A stretch of DNA of 64,000 nucleotides, taken from the NCBI GenBank assembly GCA_010405405.1, contig MU004237.1:472191-536190 (forward strand). The letters run 5' to 3'. Below the pieces are notes generated by a model, which ran no database searches, had not been told where the DNA came from, and worked only from the letters and a program-made list of their open reading frames with translations. This DNA is from Microthyrium microscopicum. Taxonomy: Eukaryota. The position numbers and the translations under genes were made by a program. Shown here piece by piece: positions 1 to 12,860 of this stretch; position 1 is the stretch's first letter, and each line of letters begins with the position of its first letter.

Positions 1-261
1 AGCCCAACAATATAGAATTTTCCCTTGACTTTGAAAATATGCAGTTGTCTTTCATTACCTAGTCTGTGAATATATGTATGGGGGTATATCCGGACAAGGA
101 TTTGGTCATTGAAAACATTACCGGACTTCATGCGCCAAAACACTGTGCTTGGAGAAAAAAATCACTTTTAACGCCGTCGCTGAAGGGGATGAAATGGTGC
201 CATGCAGGTGAAAAGGGGGTATCAAGAGAAGTGAAGAGATCGTGCTGTTGTTGGAGGAGGT

Positions 262-1332
262 TCATTCCTCAAACACGAACATGTTGAGAACATGGCCAGG
301 TGTCCAGCCTTGTTGGGGGAGTGGCTTGGTGAAGTTGAGAAAGTGGCCGACGTGTACGAGGCGGACGTTGGAAGAGGGTGATATCTGATGATAGCATTAG
401 TCGTGTTCCATGTCTTTTGAAGAGATACTCACCACTCCAGCGTATCGTAGCCTCGAAACCAAAACCTCCACATTCTCCTGATCTCCCAGCTTAACAACTA
501 CATCTCTCGCCGTATGACTCAATCGAACGCGGACCTTCAACTCCACCCCCTTGACTTTTTCGCCTGGCGGACTCGGCACGCGATCTTTGCCCTTGCTAGC
601 ATTTCCATCGCGCGTGAAGAACCGGATCTCATCTTGTAGCAGTGCCTGCTCTCCTCGTCCGCCATCGTCCCCTATGGCCGCATCACCATCACCACCATTG
701 CCATGGTCCGCGCGGGGTTCTAGACCACTAGGCATACCCAGGCACCACTCTGGTACCACATATCTCTCGCCAAACTCATCGTAGCACCCGCCCCTCCGTC
801 CCCATAAATCACCGCTCGGACACGTCCCGCCCGCAGCATCAAGCACCGCCTGCGCACTCTCCGTATCACCATTTTGTACCAATTCGCTCACGAGCCTCAA
901 CGCCTGCCACATTTCCGGCCGGCCAGCAACGCGCGTGTCAAAGAACTCTGTGCGCGCGGCCTCCAGCTCCACAATCGATGTCGCAGGCCGCGGCTCGCCA
1001 GACGATGATATTATCTGCGGTGGGGAGATTCGGTGCGGTGGTGCGTTGAGGGGCGCATTGGGAGATTGCGCATCGTGAGGCTGGAGGGAGGTGTTTGTGG
1101 TTTGCGCGGGGTGGGCGATAGGCACGCGGGAGTCGGATGGTGGGAGGGCGGAGGATGTTGTGTTGGTGGTTGGATAGGGAGAGTTTGAGCTATTGTGGGT
1201 GGTTGAGATACAGCAGCCCTGAAATGATTGAGTTAGTCTTTTGGTGCTGATGGTGGTTGTAGTGAGGGGGATGCCGTGGAAGTTGGGCGCAATTGCGGGG
1301 ATCCAGGATGTTGGTGGTGTTGGACTTACCAT
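262..1332 (-). CDS. Ubiquitin domain-containing protein (UBTD1/DC-UbP family), 3 exons
   Basis: EFFDTRVAGRPEMWQALR and GCYDEFGERYVVPEWC match the DC-UbP N-terminal domain; C-terminal ubiquitin-like segment ends GWTPGHVLNMFVFEE*. Introns 1219-1329 and about 385-432; spliced N-terminus MGCCIS. Confidence 0.85.
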
Positions 1333-2243
1333 GGTTCATACTGTGCGACATGCAGTAGTTTGGAAAATTCCGGGAGTTTGGGTTGGGGAAGGATGGGAAA
1401 TGAAGTAGATGCTTGGCGACGGAAGTATTGGAGGAGAGTGTTAGCGAGTGATTAGGTTGGCGAGTTGAAATTGAAGTTGCAGTTGAAGTTGAAGCTGAAG
1501 TTGGGAGTCGTGGCAATTGTGGATAAATCAGAGGAGAAGGAGAGTCTATTGGAGATGACGGTTGCAAGTTTGGGACCGAAGCCTGATTGGGTTTTTTGAT
1601 GACTTTGACAATGTACCCGGCCTGAAATCCCTCAGATTCAAGTTTATCATACACGTTTCACACGACAAAATGTATCAAGATAATCCATGGCAAGAGTTGG
1701 GCGACTGTCGAGGCTTCTGGAAGGCGATTGTGCAACGCAGTAGCGATAGGTTAGATTTGCCTGTTTTTGGGTCTGCGCCGGTGAGTATAACCGAGAGAAC
1801 AGGACAGCCAGGAGGAGGTGGAGCTGGCAGTGAACAGTGAGACTTGACGATATTGCAATGGCCATGGTAACTGTCTTGGGCGCTGTCTCCGATGACAAGT
1901 TTCATCTACATAATGTAGGTAGCAAGAACAAGAGGGCTGTTACCATCCTTTGGCGATCTATTCCCTCAAAAATAATTGAGCATCAGTAATTGATTTTGAC
2001 TCTAATTATGGGCGATAATCGAACAATGATTAGATAAGATTGCGCGATATACTTTACTATCAGGCTGAGCGAAACGTGTAATTGTCAACATGTCTTGCTT
2101 GACTGTCGTGGAAATACAGTTCCTCCAGTATCAAAGCAATGTTTAGCAAAAGCGATAGCTCCTTCTCAATCAAAGCTGTACAAGCACGCCTCAAAAGCGA
2201 ACAAATAGATCAGACTCCTTCAAAAGAATCCTCTTGTAGACAT

Positions 2244-2853
2244 TCAGATAGGACCCAAATTTCCAACCTTCACTCTTTCAAAAAAGGCATCAAACTCTTC
2301 AAGCAGATCACTTTCTCCCTCCAATGCTGCCGTCGCGCCCTCATAAGTTCCCTGCCAAACCTCTCCTGGATCTTTTGCAGGTGGATCTGAAAGCATCTGC
2401 TTCATCGCCAGATTATACGGTGCCCAAAAGGCGGCCAATCTGTCCGGATCGTTCTCAAAGCGCTTGTTAACTTTGTTGACAAATTCAACCTGTGGTCCAC
2501 CCATTTTGGTTCTTTCATCTTTGGCTTCTTTGATGTATTGGTTGTAGCCATCGATCAGGTCAGGCTCGTTGGCGAAGAGTGTCGATATCTGCGCACGTAT
2601 GTATTGATTTCGCTCTTCGGTGGATTTATCGCTATCTGCAGGAGAAGTGACAGGGAATTTCAGTGATGCATGCTGGAAGATTTTGTTGAAGTTTGCGAGT
2701 CTGTCAGGATCCGAATCTTCGAAGCGAGTCTATTTAATGGTGAGCTACAAATCATGAGCTGGTGTTATGAATGACTGAAACCTTGATGTCTTCCATGTAG
2801 CTGAACTTTGGAACGACTAGACCGCCATATTCAACATAACCGACGACAGGCAT
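2244..2853 (-). CDS. Small protein with two PAH-like (Sin3-type) repeats
   Basis: Spliced (intron about 2730-2781): FSYMEDIKTRFEDSDPDRLANFNKIF..ISTLFANEPDLIDGYNQY, then FVNKVNKRFENDPDRLAAF..LEGESDLLEEFDAFF. Confidence 0.65.
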
Positions 2854-3198
2854 GATTAGTAGTTGTTCTTGAGACAGTAGAGCCAAGATAGTAGAAAAGG
2901 ATACTAATAGTTCAAACACCTCTCAGGACAGATTACCTTTAATCATTCAAGAATGATAATGAACGGTAGAAGCGGGGGTGAAACTATCATGGCGTGTCAT
3001 TCGCGAGAACATAGAAACATGATTGATTGACACTGACAGGGCTCGCGATCCTTCCAAGGGGTGTCGCGATTGTGATAGGATCAAGTCCTTAGGATTCTCC
3101 AGTGCGAAAAACTCATACATACATACGTTAATCCATTACCATTACCAGCGTCTGGCTCATAAACGTACTGAAAGCACATATCTTTACATCACACACGA

Positions 3199-4105
3199 TT
3201 ACAACAATCCCATTGCAGCAACCATACCAGCCACTCCCGCAACACCCATCGGCACACCAGTTTGCGCCGCTGCAGCCTTCGAAGCACTCGCCGCCGTAGT
3301 CGTCGCCGCAGTGCTACTGCTTGTCGAGGATGTCGTACTACTAGTAGATTTGGCCGCGCTAGGATTGACGAAGGCGCCGGATGAGATACTGCTTCCCGAG
3401 CCAGAGCTGCTGCCCGATCCACCACCGACTCCAATACCACCTCCGTTGCCTCCGCTTCCACCCGCAGTAGTGGTTGGGCTGCTGCCAGACGCGCTGGCCG
3501 TGAGTTGGAGCTCAACGGGTGGGAGGGAAGTGGTGAGGCAGAGATAGTCTGCAACAGAAGTATGGCCGGAGACGGTGATCACACCGCAATATGGGGTCGC
3601 TGAATTCGTGCTGTAGCCATCAGTAAACGCTCGGTATGGGGGAAAAGCTATACATACCACTTCTTCAGCAGCGTGTCTGACGCGCATGCGCCCGTGCAGG
3701 CACTGAGCGATGCGTATGGGAGACAGGATGTCGCGACTGGACATCCGGTTGGGACAGCTGCTGAGCCACTGCCAACTTCAGACGCGCAGCATCCGAACCA
3801 GTTATATGCCTATTTACCCCATCAGCACTACTTTCCATATCATGTTGGTTTGGTCAACTTACGGTGTTGAAACCACAAGGATGTCCCGCTCCACAGTCCA
3901 AAGGATACGCTGGATCTCCTTCCAAGTACCCACAGATGGAGTCGCTCTGGGCCTGACGCTTGACTAGAGCTGGCGCAGCCGTGGGCATCGGACTCATGCC
4001 CTCGAAATCATATGCGCCAGGCACAAAGTCCGTCGGCGCAGCGAAGTCGGCGAAGATATTCGCATTCGCGCCGGCCACTGCAAGGAGTGTTATGAATGTC
4101 TTCAT
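3199..4105 (-). CDS. Secreted Cys-rich, Ser/Thr/Gly-rich, probably GPI-anchored cell-wall protein
   Basis: Signal peptide MKTFITLLAVAGANA, Cys-rich middle, S/T/G-rich stalk, hydrophobic C-terminus GVAGMVAAMGLL; GTAAGT donor near 3860. Confidence 0.75.
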
Positions 4106-4261
4106 GTTGAGCGAGAGTAATTCACGGAATTGGTGTAACGATGGAAGTAAAGACTAAGATCTGCGGAGCACGCGAGTTGCAGCGAGCTTCGCAGCCATCT
4201 TTATATTTTTCGCAAGTTCTGACTCTAAAGCACTGCACCTCACTGTGGAGCTTGATCGGTA

Positions 4262-7200
4262 CCGTAGGAATCCGGTGAATTGAGCACGATGAAGCCAGTA
4301 AGATGCCGTGAAGGAGGGTAGCGCTATAAGGGGCGTCGAAAATATAGGGCTAGTAAATTAGGTAGTATTTATTTTTAACGCCCGTACTATGTCTAGATAT
4401 TATTACTAAGTAAGCTATTTTAACGTTTTTAAAGCTAATCTAAATCGATTTAAGTAGAATATTATTATTTTAATAGTAGGAGTTATTTTTATAATTAGGC
4501 TAAAGCTATAGAGGGATATTTATATATAGATTTTGTAATAGAATTCTATGTCATTCTTTATACTAATTAATATCCTTAATATCTAATTCTTTTACCTCTA
4601 AACTAATTAAATACTAGGAATTTAACTATTATTATATTATAGGTACTAAAGGAAGAATACTAAAACTATTAGCCTTTTACTAAACTAGACCTAAATATTA
4701 TAGAATTAAGCTTTACTAGACCTTCTAGGACTAAATTATATACTAAAAAGTATAAAGAACTTATCCTTAGGAAGTAACGTACTAAATAAGCTAAATTAAA
4801 GTCCTAGAATTATTCTTTTATAGAATATTAGTTAAAGGTTATAGTATAGATAATATAATAATATATTCTACTTAAATAAAGTAAAAAGCGTTATAAACTA
4901 GCTAATAGTATAAAGTAGAATAAATGTCTTAAAACCTATTACTAGTAGCATTTTACTTTATATAGTAAAGTAGTAAAGTTCTTTAAAAAATCTTATTTAA
5001 TAATATTAAGATAGTAGAATTAGCGCGCCTTATTATAGGTTACTAAGAATTAAGCCTATAGGATTATAGACCCTTTAAAGCGTCCTAAGTACTATTCTAA
5101 ACTTAAAGATACTATTTATATCTAGTATTATAAGTAATAAAAAGAGAAGAAGTTTATTAGTATTTATTAGTTACTTTAATATACTTAGAACGTATAGTAA
5201 TATATTTATATAGCTAAGATTACTACTAGAGTATTTCTTAAATAACGTAAATTCTTAAAGAGTTAGCTTTAAAGATTCCTACTTTACTAGAGGATTAGTT
5301 AAAGGAAAGCTACTTATATTATTTAATAATTATCTAAATTATAGGTTAATTAATGCTAAGACTTTATTACTTATATAAAGCTTACTACTTATAGAGTAAT
5401 TAGACCTACTAGTAGTAAAAGAAGAAATATTAATATACTATCTAATAAAGAATTAGTTGCTTTAATAATGCCTAGAAAAATAGTTAATATAGATAAAACA
5501 CTAATACCTTTTTATAACTTTAGTAGTTATACTTTAGTAAATAAAGGGTTTAGAACTATTATTATTTATACTTATAAAGATAAAGATAAGAAGCGTTAGA
5601 TAATAATAGTTCTAGCTATTACTACTAATAGCGTTCTTTAAATTCTATTACTAATTATATTCTATAGAACTATAGACAAGAATAAGGATTAAATCTTTAA
5701 GATAGAGGACTTATTTTACTATTATAGCGTTTATATAAAGTATAATAAGACAGCGTAGAATAATAATAAGTTAATATAGTAGTAATTAAAAAAGGTTTAT
5801 TTAAAAAGAATAGATATAGCGCTAGAGGGGTATTTTAGTAGTCTTAGTAGTCTTAATAGCTCTAAAGATATTCTATAGCCTTTTATCTTAGGTAATTCTT
5901 CTCTTATACCTTCCTAAAATAGAAATATTTTAGTACTAACTATAAGATCTAGAGCTTAATTTAATAATATCTTTGCTAAATTCTACTTCTACCTTTTTAA
6001 TTATAGTAACTTTAATATCTTTTACTTCTTTAATATCTATAATATTTAACCCTTCTATTTTTAATTATAAACGTATTCTCTACCTATAAAACTAAAAGCG
6101 TTAAGGCTATTTATAAAGATAATAATATTATTATTACTATTATCTCTCTTAGTTATATATCTAAAATCTAATTACTTAACGTTAGCATAAATAAGCCCTT
6201 TAAACAACTAGTTAAGGAATTATAAGACCTTTAGTTCCTTATATTCTATAAATAGGAACGCTTTAAAGACTTCCCTAATCTTAAATCTATAGACTCCCTT
6301 TATTAAATAATATTATAATACTATATATTTATAACGCATATTATAAGATAAGCCTAAAGTTAAATATATATTTATAATAGTAAAGTTATTAGGTACTCCT
6401 TTACTACTATAAGATTAAATAACTAGTTAAATACTACTATTATAGATAAGAAGCATAATATTAGTATTAAAGATTTAATATAACTACTAGACCTTTTAAA
6501 CTAGCGGTTAGTAAAACTAGAATCCATTAAAGCTACTACTACTAAAGAGGATAACTAATAAGAGAAGGATAATAATCTTAAAGTATATGCGCCTAATTTA
6601 GATAATAAAGATAGCATAGAATATTATAATATAAATAAGATTAAAATATCTAAAGATAACGTTAAAGACGTTAAAGATATTAAAGATACTACTATTAATA
6701 TTAATAAAGAAAAAGATAATAGCTTTATAACTTCCTTTATAGGCCTAATAGACGTCCTATTATAAAATTTACTTATTTTCGTACTATTATAAATATTTTA
6801 ACTATTTATTATGCCTTAGCCTATTCTTACTCTAATTCTATAGCTTCTTTACCTTTAGAATTAGTATTTAATACTACTATCTAATGCTCCTCCCTAAATT
6901 AAATCTTATAGTAGACTTAAAGAATTAAATCCTACTTATTTTGTATAGTAGAATACTCTTAGGTTACTAGAATAGATACTTAAAGACTAGTATTAATAGC
7001 TTTCTAAATAGGCCTATAATCCTACTCTAAAATCTACTTAAAATATTAAGATAGGATATTTAATAGTAATATTCTATTAATAATAAGACTTATAATATCT
7101 ATCGTTTAGTATTAAATTAGGTAGTATTCTTAACCTATAGTAAATTTAGTAGAGTTAGGAAAATTATAGGTAACAACTAGGTAATATTAGTATTAAAAAG

Positions 7201-7462
7201 AGCGCTTTAATTTATATACCTATATATAATTCTATATTATCTAGTTCTTAATATCTTAAGCTTTAAATATACCTATTTTAGTATTAGAATTCCTTATTTA
7301 AGATAATATAAAGTTAAATAGTATTATAGGGTTCATAGTTATAAAAATGGATTAGTAGTAAATTACTACTAGGAGCATTTCTATAGAAACCGCGCTAAAA
7401 AGCGCCTTTGAACGCCCTCTCCCTCCACATTTCATCGTGCTTAATTCACCGGATTCTCATGG
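4262..7462. mobile_element. RIP-degraded DNA transposon (Tc1/mariner-pogo-like), about 32 bp TIRs, TA target duplication
   Basis: Left TA|CCGTAGGAATCCGGTGAATTGAGCACGATGAA; right TTCATCGTGCTTAATTCACCGGATTCTCATGG|TA. Interior extremely AT- and TpA-rich with no ORFs in the track. Confidence 0.9.
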
Positions 7463-8169
7463 TAGCTACTCCGCGAGCTCTAGATCTTTCATTGTTTAGC
7501 GAGGCGCATTGTGGCGCGGCGACGCCATTGAGACACACGAGAGCTCGATTGGGGATGGATTGAGCACGAGGTGTGAAGCAGGGAGCAGAGCTTGATCTGT
7601 CGTCACGACACTAGTCTCGCAATGTCTTGAACTTGGCCATTTTGGGGAATTCTAAAGCTTCAGCTGCAGGCTGCTGCTTAGTAGTTGGTTTTTTTTTTGT
7701 AGGTAAAAATAGATGCCGGACGGATCGTTGGTGGTCGAGAACCCCTCTGCATAAAAAGCAAAATGACTGGTCGATCAAGCTTTTCTTGGTGATTGGCTGT
7801 GATGGCGATGATGGCTGGGTGGTGATGAGGCTGTAATTGGGTGGTTTGAGGCATCGTACCTGAAGACTGAAAGATCTGGAATATATATAAAGAGGCGGAC
7901 CTCGCCAAAGAGAAAAGCAGAAAGTGGTCACTGCCGTCTATCGCGAGTCTGACTCTTCATCCGGAGTCTAAAGGCATCGATCAGGGGAAACGGGTGGCTG
8001 GGAGCAACGCCACTATTGATTTCAGCCTGATGGTCCAAAAGGTACAAAGTTTCAAAACCATCGCCAGACTGCCCAATGATCCAGTGTAGATATCAAGACA
8101 AGTCTTGATCCGATGTAACCACCAGAACGTGCTTGTTTCGTTTCGGGTAATGTATCACCAAGACGATCT

Positions 8170-9772
8170 TCATTGATGTGGTGGAACCACTACCCCTTTT
8201 TCCACCAGCACAATCTCATCAACTCTTCCCCCTACGTATTCAACTCTTTTCCAAGACTTCAAGCTACCAGTCGTGGTATCAATCTCCCAAACTCGTGCTC
8301 GCCGATGATATCGCTCCGTGCCGTAGGAGCAATATCCTCCAAAGCCACATGTGCCACTGTGACACAGCCAAGGACCGGTTGTCGTCGTTCCTTTTGCCGG
8401 GAGCAGGCCGCAAAAGTCGTTGACATGGTCGTGACCGCAGCCTACAGCTACTACTCCTTCTTTGACCAGAGCATCATAGAAGTGCGAGTTGACGCTTGGC
8501 CCCTCTGTTGGTTCGTGACGCTGGCCACCTATTATGCTGAGGTTGGGGTCTGTGTACTCGGGAAGTGGAATGTGCCAGAACGCGAGAGACAGATGATAGG
8601 CAGGAGAGTTATGACTGTCTTGTTCCTCACGCTTCTTTCGCAGTGACTGAGAAGTTTTTGTGAACCATTCGATTTGCGTTGGCTTGATGGCTTCGTAGTC
8701 TGGGTCTTTGATATTACTTGGTATTTGCCCGTGTGAGTCTAGAAAGTACAGTGTTGACACCGGTATACTTGACGTTGTGTGATCGTAAATCACAAGATAG
8801 TAGTTCCCAGCACCATCAACCTCATGTGGCCCTGGCTGGGCAAGGCTGAATGGTAACTTCTGGAGTAATGCCATCTGAGCCATGCCTAACAAGAACACTG
8901 GTTAGCAAAGACAGAAAGCGCGAGTGAGTGTTAGCAGATCCCCACTCACGAGATAGCGCGTTCGTCCCTTCATCATCATGATTTCCAAATACTGCAGCAT
9001 ATGGTATTTGTCGCTCAATCATTGGAGCAAACACTTTAAACATCGCAGATTGGCTGTCAGCGATATCGTGATGCAATTGATCTCCGGTGAGTAAAACAAG
9101 ATCTGGTTTCTCAACGTCCAAGATTTCACTCATCAACCTTGCAGTAAATGGATCAGCCTCGCTCTCTGGCAGAGGCTGACCGTTGGCATCACTCGCATCT
9201 TTGCAAAGGCCAACGCCGGTAACCACATGTGTGTCAGAGAACTGGACGATCTTGAACTTATCATCTTCGTTCGCTCTTAGTGGCAAGCAGGGCTGCGCTG
9301 GAGCTGGGCCATTACGACGAATGGTCAGTTTGGCGACAAGTCCCTCAAGCTTTGTGTTTAATCTGAGTGGTGACTGAATGATGGTCCATCGTGGGCGTGG
9401 GTCCACTGCATCGGAACCGAACAGAATGTCAATCTCTGTAACATATTGCTGTTCGTCACCCGTGAACTTGGCTCTTAGAAGCCAGATGCCACCAGGCCGT
9501 CTTACCCACGTCTCGTTCGTGGTGTTTGATGGACTATCCTCACAGATTTTGATATCCGTAATGACCACTTCATCGGTATCAACCTCTTTCAACTCTTTCA
9601 GGGCGAAAAAGAGCCATGCGGTCTGTTTACTAGTGCCCAAAAGTAGATCTTTCTCTAGACGCTTCCATATCAGAGGTTTCGAATTACATTGGCAAACGGA
9701 TGAATGGTGTGTTGATGAGCAAAAGCATATCGTAAGGTCAATGACGACATTTTTTGCCGTTTGGAACAGCAT
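8170..9772 (-). CDS. Calcineurin-like metallophosphoesterase, DCR2-like
   Basis: Motifs FKIVQFSDTH, PDLVLLTGDQ, VFGNHD, FWHIP, CGHDHVND; N-terminal VTEIDILFGSDAVDPRPRW; intron about 8887-8949. Confidence 0.85.
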
Positions 9773-10808
9773 GATTGATCTTTTAATGACTGAAACCTGG
9801 AATTTCTTAACGATCAAAGACTTCGATAGAAGAAATGCTCTGAGAGTTCCAGAGACAGAAGATGAACACTGTGTATGTGACAGAAATCCGAATACTAGAT
9901 AAGGGCAATTTGTCGTGGCTTATCTGGTCTCTATTTGATGTTGTGTTGATACCGACCAGCACCATCATCAGTGTAGGGCATCGACCGTGAGCAAAATCCA
10001 TGACAACTTATGCCTGTGAGAAAAATACATGCCATTCCGTAATAAGTGTTATATTACATGATGTTCGAAAACAAGCGAAGTCATTTGTATATCGATGTGG
10101 TGACTAGCTGCCTCCTATAGAGAAGAGGCCCAACTTGCGCCGGTTCAATTACTCGGTGGTCAACAATTTCATTATCGTTTCTATGGGGAGTCAATCTTTG
10201 ATGTACAGAGCTAAATACGTATAGAAGCATTAACAGGCTAATTTGCTACAGTAAGCGCCCTTCAAAACCAAGGTTCAAAGCTTCGACATCTCTTCCCAAC
10301 TTGTGAACTCTCCTTCTCTTTTTGCTAGACATCATTTTGTTTACCAATTCGTTCGTGACTCATCAAGGCTGCTTGATTTCCTCCTTTTCACGTCTACTCA
10401 ATCAAAGTCGTCCGGCTAGTCACAGAAATAAGAATCCTCAAGCTTAGATGGGGACAGTTTCTTGAAAAATAGTGCCAATCAAGAGAGCTTCGTGGAGATG
10501 TTAAGGGAGTGTCAAACACAAGATGCTAGGCTTCGTCGATCTATAGTTGAAGGTAAGGAAACTCATAAACACCAGGCTGACTAAACGCAGTTTTTAAGCA
10601 ATGGTAGTAATGGTAGCAAGAGTAATGAGATCAGCTTCTCTCATAAGCGAACATCGTTCAAAGGTACCTGTACTATCGCTGATACCTACTATCACCAAAA
10701 CCCGTGTGATACTAACTTGAATACAATGAAGGGAACTCTGAGAAGTACTTGACAGAAGGCGTCATGTTTTTGGAGAACCCACTCCAATGTGCAAATTTGT
10801 CTAATCTA

Positions 10809-11495
10809 TCAATCAGTACTCGGTGTAATCGAAAGGCCTTCCAGGCGAGGAGTTAACGAGTCCTGATCACACGCAGCAACGAGATTCTGTAGACGTGCTG
10901 CTATACTGTTATCACGAACAAGATCGCCAGTATCGTCAAGCAGCATAATAAATCTCTCAACCTCATGCTGGAGAACGAGTGCATCGTTATCGAAAGCATC
11001 TATATGAGCCGGGGCTTGGTTGATGGATAAGGCTGTCAAGTGGTCGCAAACCCCTTTGACTTGTTGCTCGATGCTAGAATCTTCGGCACAAGAATTATTG
11101 GGGGATTGCTGGTATGACGCGATGCAGCGGTTGACTTCAGCTAGCTTGCATTTATACTCTTTAGACGAGCGCGCAACAACGACTGCGAGATGGTATTCAG
11201 CAACGATGAATTCGTCAAGGACCTCTGAGAGCTTAGTCGACACAGGTTCTCGGAACTCCTGGCCACTACCGCTTGTTGAGCCCGCTAGCCTAAGCACCGC
11301 TTGAAAGTAGGCTTCGAGATGATTCGCAAGGACTTTCATGTCATAGTAGAGGGAATCCATTCTGTCGTCATCGACTAGGACCGTAATCAAATTCAAGTCT
11401 AGTCGACAAATTAGATTTGCAAGCTTCGATTCGAAAAGTTTGAAGTGATCTGGACATTCCTGACAGAGAGCGCGTTGCAGAATATGATCGCTCAT
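10809..11495 (-). CDS. Hypothetical helical protein, paralog of 12057-12860
   Basis: Intronless ORF starting MSDHILQR; aligns by eye with its neighbour along most of its length. Confidence 0.65.
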   Translation of the reverse strand: MSDHILQRALCQECPDHFKLFESKLANLICRLDLNLITVLVDDDRMDSLYYDMKVLANHLEAYFQAVLRLAGSTSGSGQEFREPVSTKLSEVLDEFIVAEYHLAVVVARSSKEYKCKLAEVNRCIASYQQSPNNSCAEDSSIEQQVKGVCDHLTALSINQAPAHIDAFDNDALVLQHEVERFIMLLDDTGDLVRDNSIAARLQNLVAACDQDSLTPRLEGLSITPSTD

Positions 11496-12056
11496 TTTCT
11501 GCAGATAGCGAAAAATGAAGAGATGAATCCGAGCGTGAGGAGTAATGGGCAGGATTACTGGTAATTCCAGGCAAGATTCAAAACCGATTGTCGGGAATTG
11601 GGACGAATGGGGATAGTGGTTCAAGAATAAGACGGAGGGGAAACCTGGATATATTTTGGGAGATTACGGCGAAAGATTTATGGGAGGGAAGGTAGCTTGA
11701 AGTAGTCTTGTCATCAAGTGACCGGCTCACGGAGCTGCGCTGAGGTGAACTGATCAGTAGTGAAAAATGAAACGCTGAGGTAGATACTACGAGTATGACC
11801 CTACGTAATAGTCGAATAAAAATTTGAATCGCAAGTATATAGTTCAATATTGCTCGTAGTCGCCTAAGCTGACCGGCATCCATATGAAGGAGCTTCGAAG
11901 ATATTACGAATAAGACTTGAGAAGAGACGTTATAAGAACTCGAATCAATACGCCAAAAATAAAGACTACAAGATGAAGCATCTTGTAGCGGGAAATGCAG
12001 TTAATGTTGAAGATCTAAAACCATCTCACGATCTCAATATCAGACTCTAAGTGACC

Positions 12057-12860
12057 TCAGATACCAAGATTCCGCATATGCATCGTCAGAGATTCCTGAG
12101 CGCGCACGTCAGCTTCCCGATTAAGCTCGTCAAGCAGTGTTTGTAACCGTTCTACCACCTGATCATCACGATGAATAAGATGGCCAACTTGGTCAAGTAA
12201 CCTAACAAACTTCGCCAACTCACTCTGAATTGCGAGAATATCATTTGCGAAAGCTTCCGGGTCTGGACTTGTGAGACGGTTGATTGATAACGTATCCAAG
12301 ATATTTGTAATATGTTCGACCTGCGGGTTTGCGCCAGGGTTGAACGATAACGTATTCATGGTACTTGTGATACTTTCGAGTTGTTGCTCAATATTTGAGT
12401 TGTCCAAGCCCATAGTGGAGGAATCTAATGACTGTTGGTAGGACTCGAGACCCATTGCTGCGATGACCTCGTTTACCTCCGAGAGCTTTGTCATGTACTT
12501 ATCGTAAAAGATCAAAAGATGGTGACAGAGTTCCCCCTTCATCCTTAGTAATTCATTGATAAGCAATTTGAGGTCTCCAGGATGAAATGTATGTCGAAAC
12601 TGTCCTTTACAGCCCGGTAGCTTTGGTTGCACTATAGTGTAGTCATCGAGAGCTCTTACAAAAGTCTTCATGTCGTCGTACATCTCTGTGAAAGGCGTTT
12701 CTAGTCCTATCTCTTCATCATCAATCAGTATCGTAAGTAAGTTGTTATTTAGTAGTTGACTGACTTCTAAGAGCTTTGCTTCAAACGTCTCGAAATGTTC
12801 TGCATCTTCATGAGATAAAACACGTCCCAGGTCCTCACGTGGCATACTAGAATATTCCAT
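12057..12860 (-). CDS. Hypothetical helical protein, paralog of 10809-11495
   Basis: Intronless ORF; shares HF..FE.KL, NL.T.L.DD, YxDMK, KL.EVN, SYQQS, IEQQ, AF.ND and RLQ.L with its neighbour. Confidence 0.65.
   Translation of the reverse strand: MEYSSMPREDLGRVLSHEDAEHFETFEAKLLEVSQLLNNNLLTILIDDEEIGLETPFTEMYDDMKTFVRALDDYTIVQPKLPGCKGQFRHTFHPGDLKLLINELLRMKGELCHHLLIFYDKYMTKLSEVNEVIAAMGLESYQQSLDSSTMGLDNSNIEQQLESITSTMNTLSFNPGANPQVEHITNILDTLSINRLTSPDPEAFANDILAIQSELAKFVRLLDQVGHLIHRDDQVVERLQTLLDELNREADVRAQESLTMHMRNLGI

Noticed and set aside
1460..1505. GTTGAA hexamer repeat
   Set aside because: Short degenerate microsatellite in a 5' leader; no spacers.
4400..7380. Organellar insertion or centromere
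   Set aside because: Bounded by TIRs and a TA duplication with TpA excess; RIP of a transposon explains it. I could not read a transposase motif reliably, so none is claimed.
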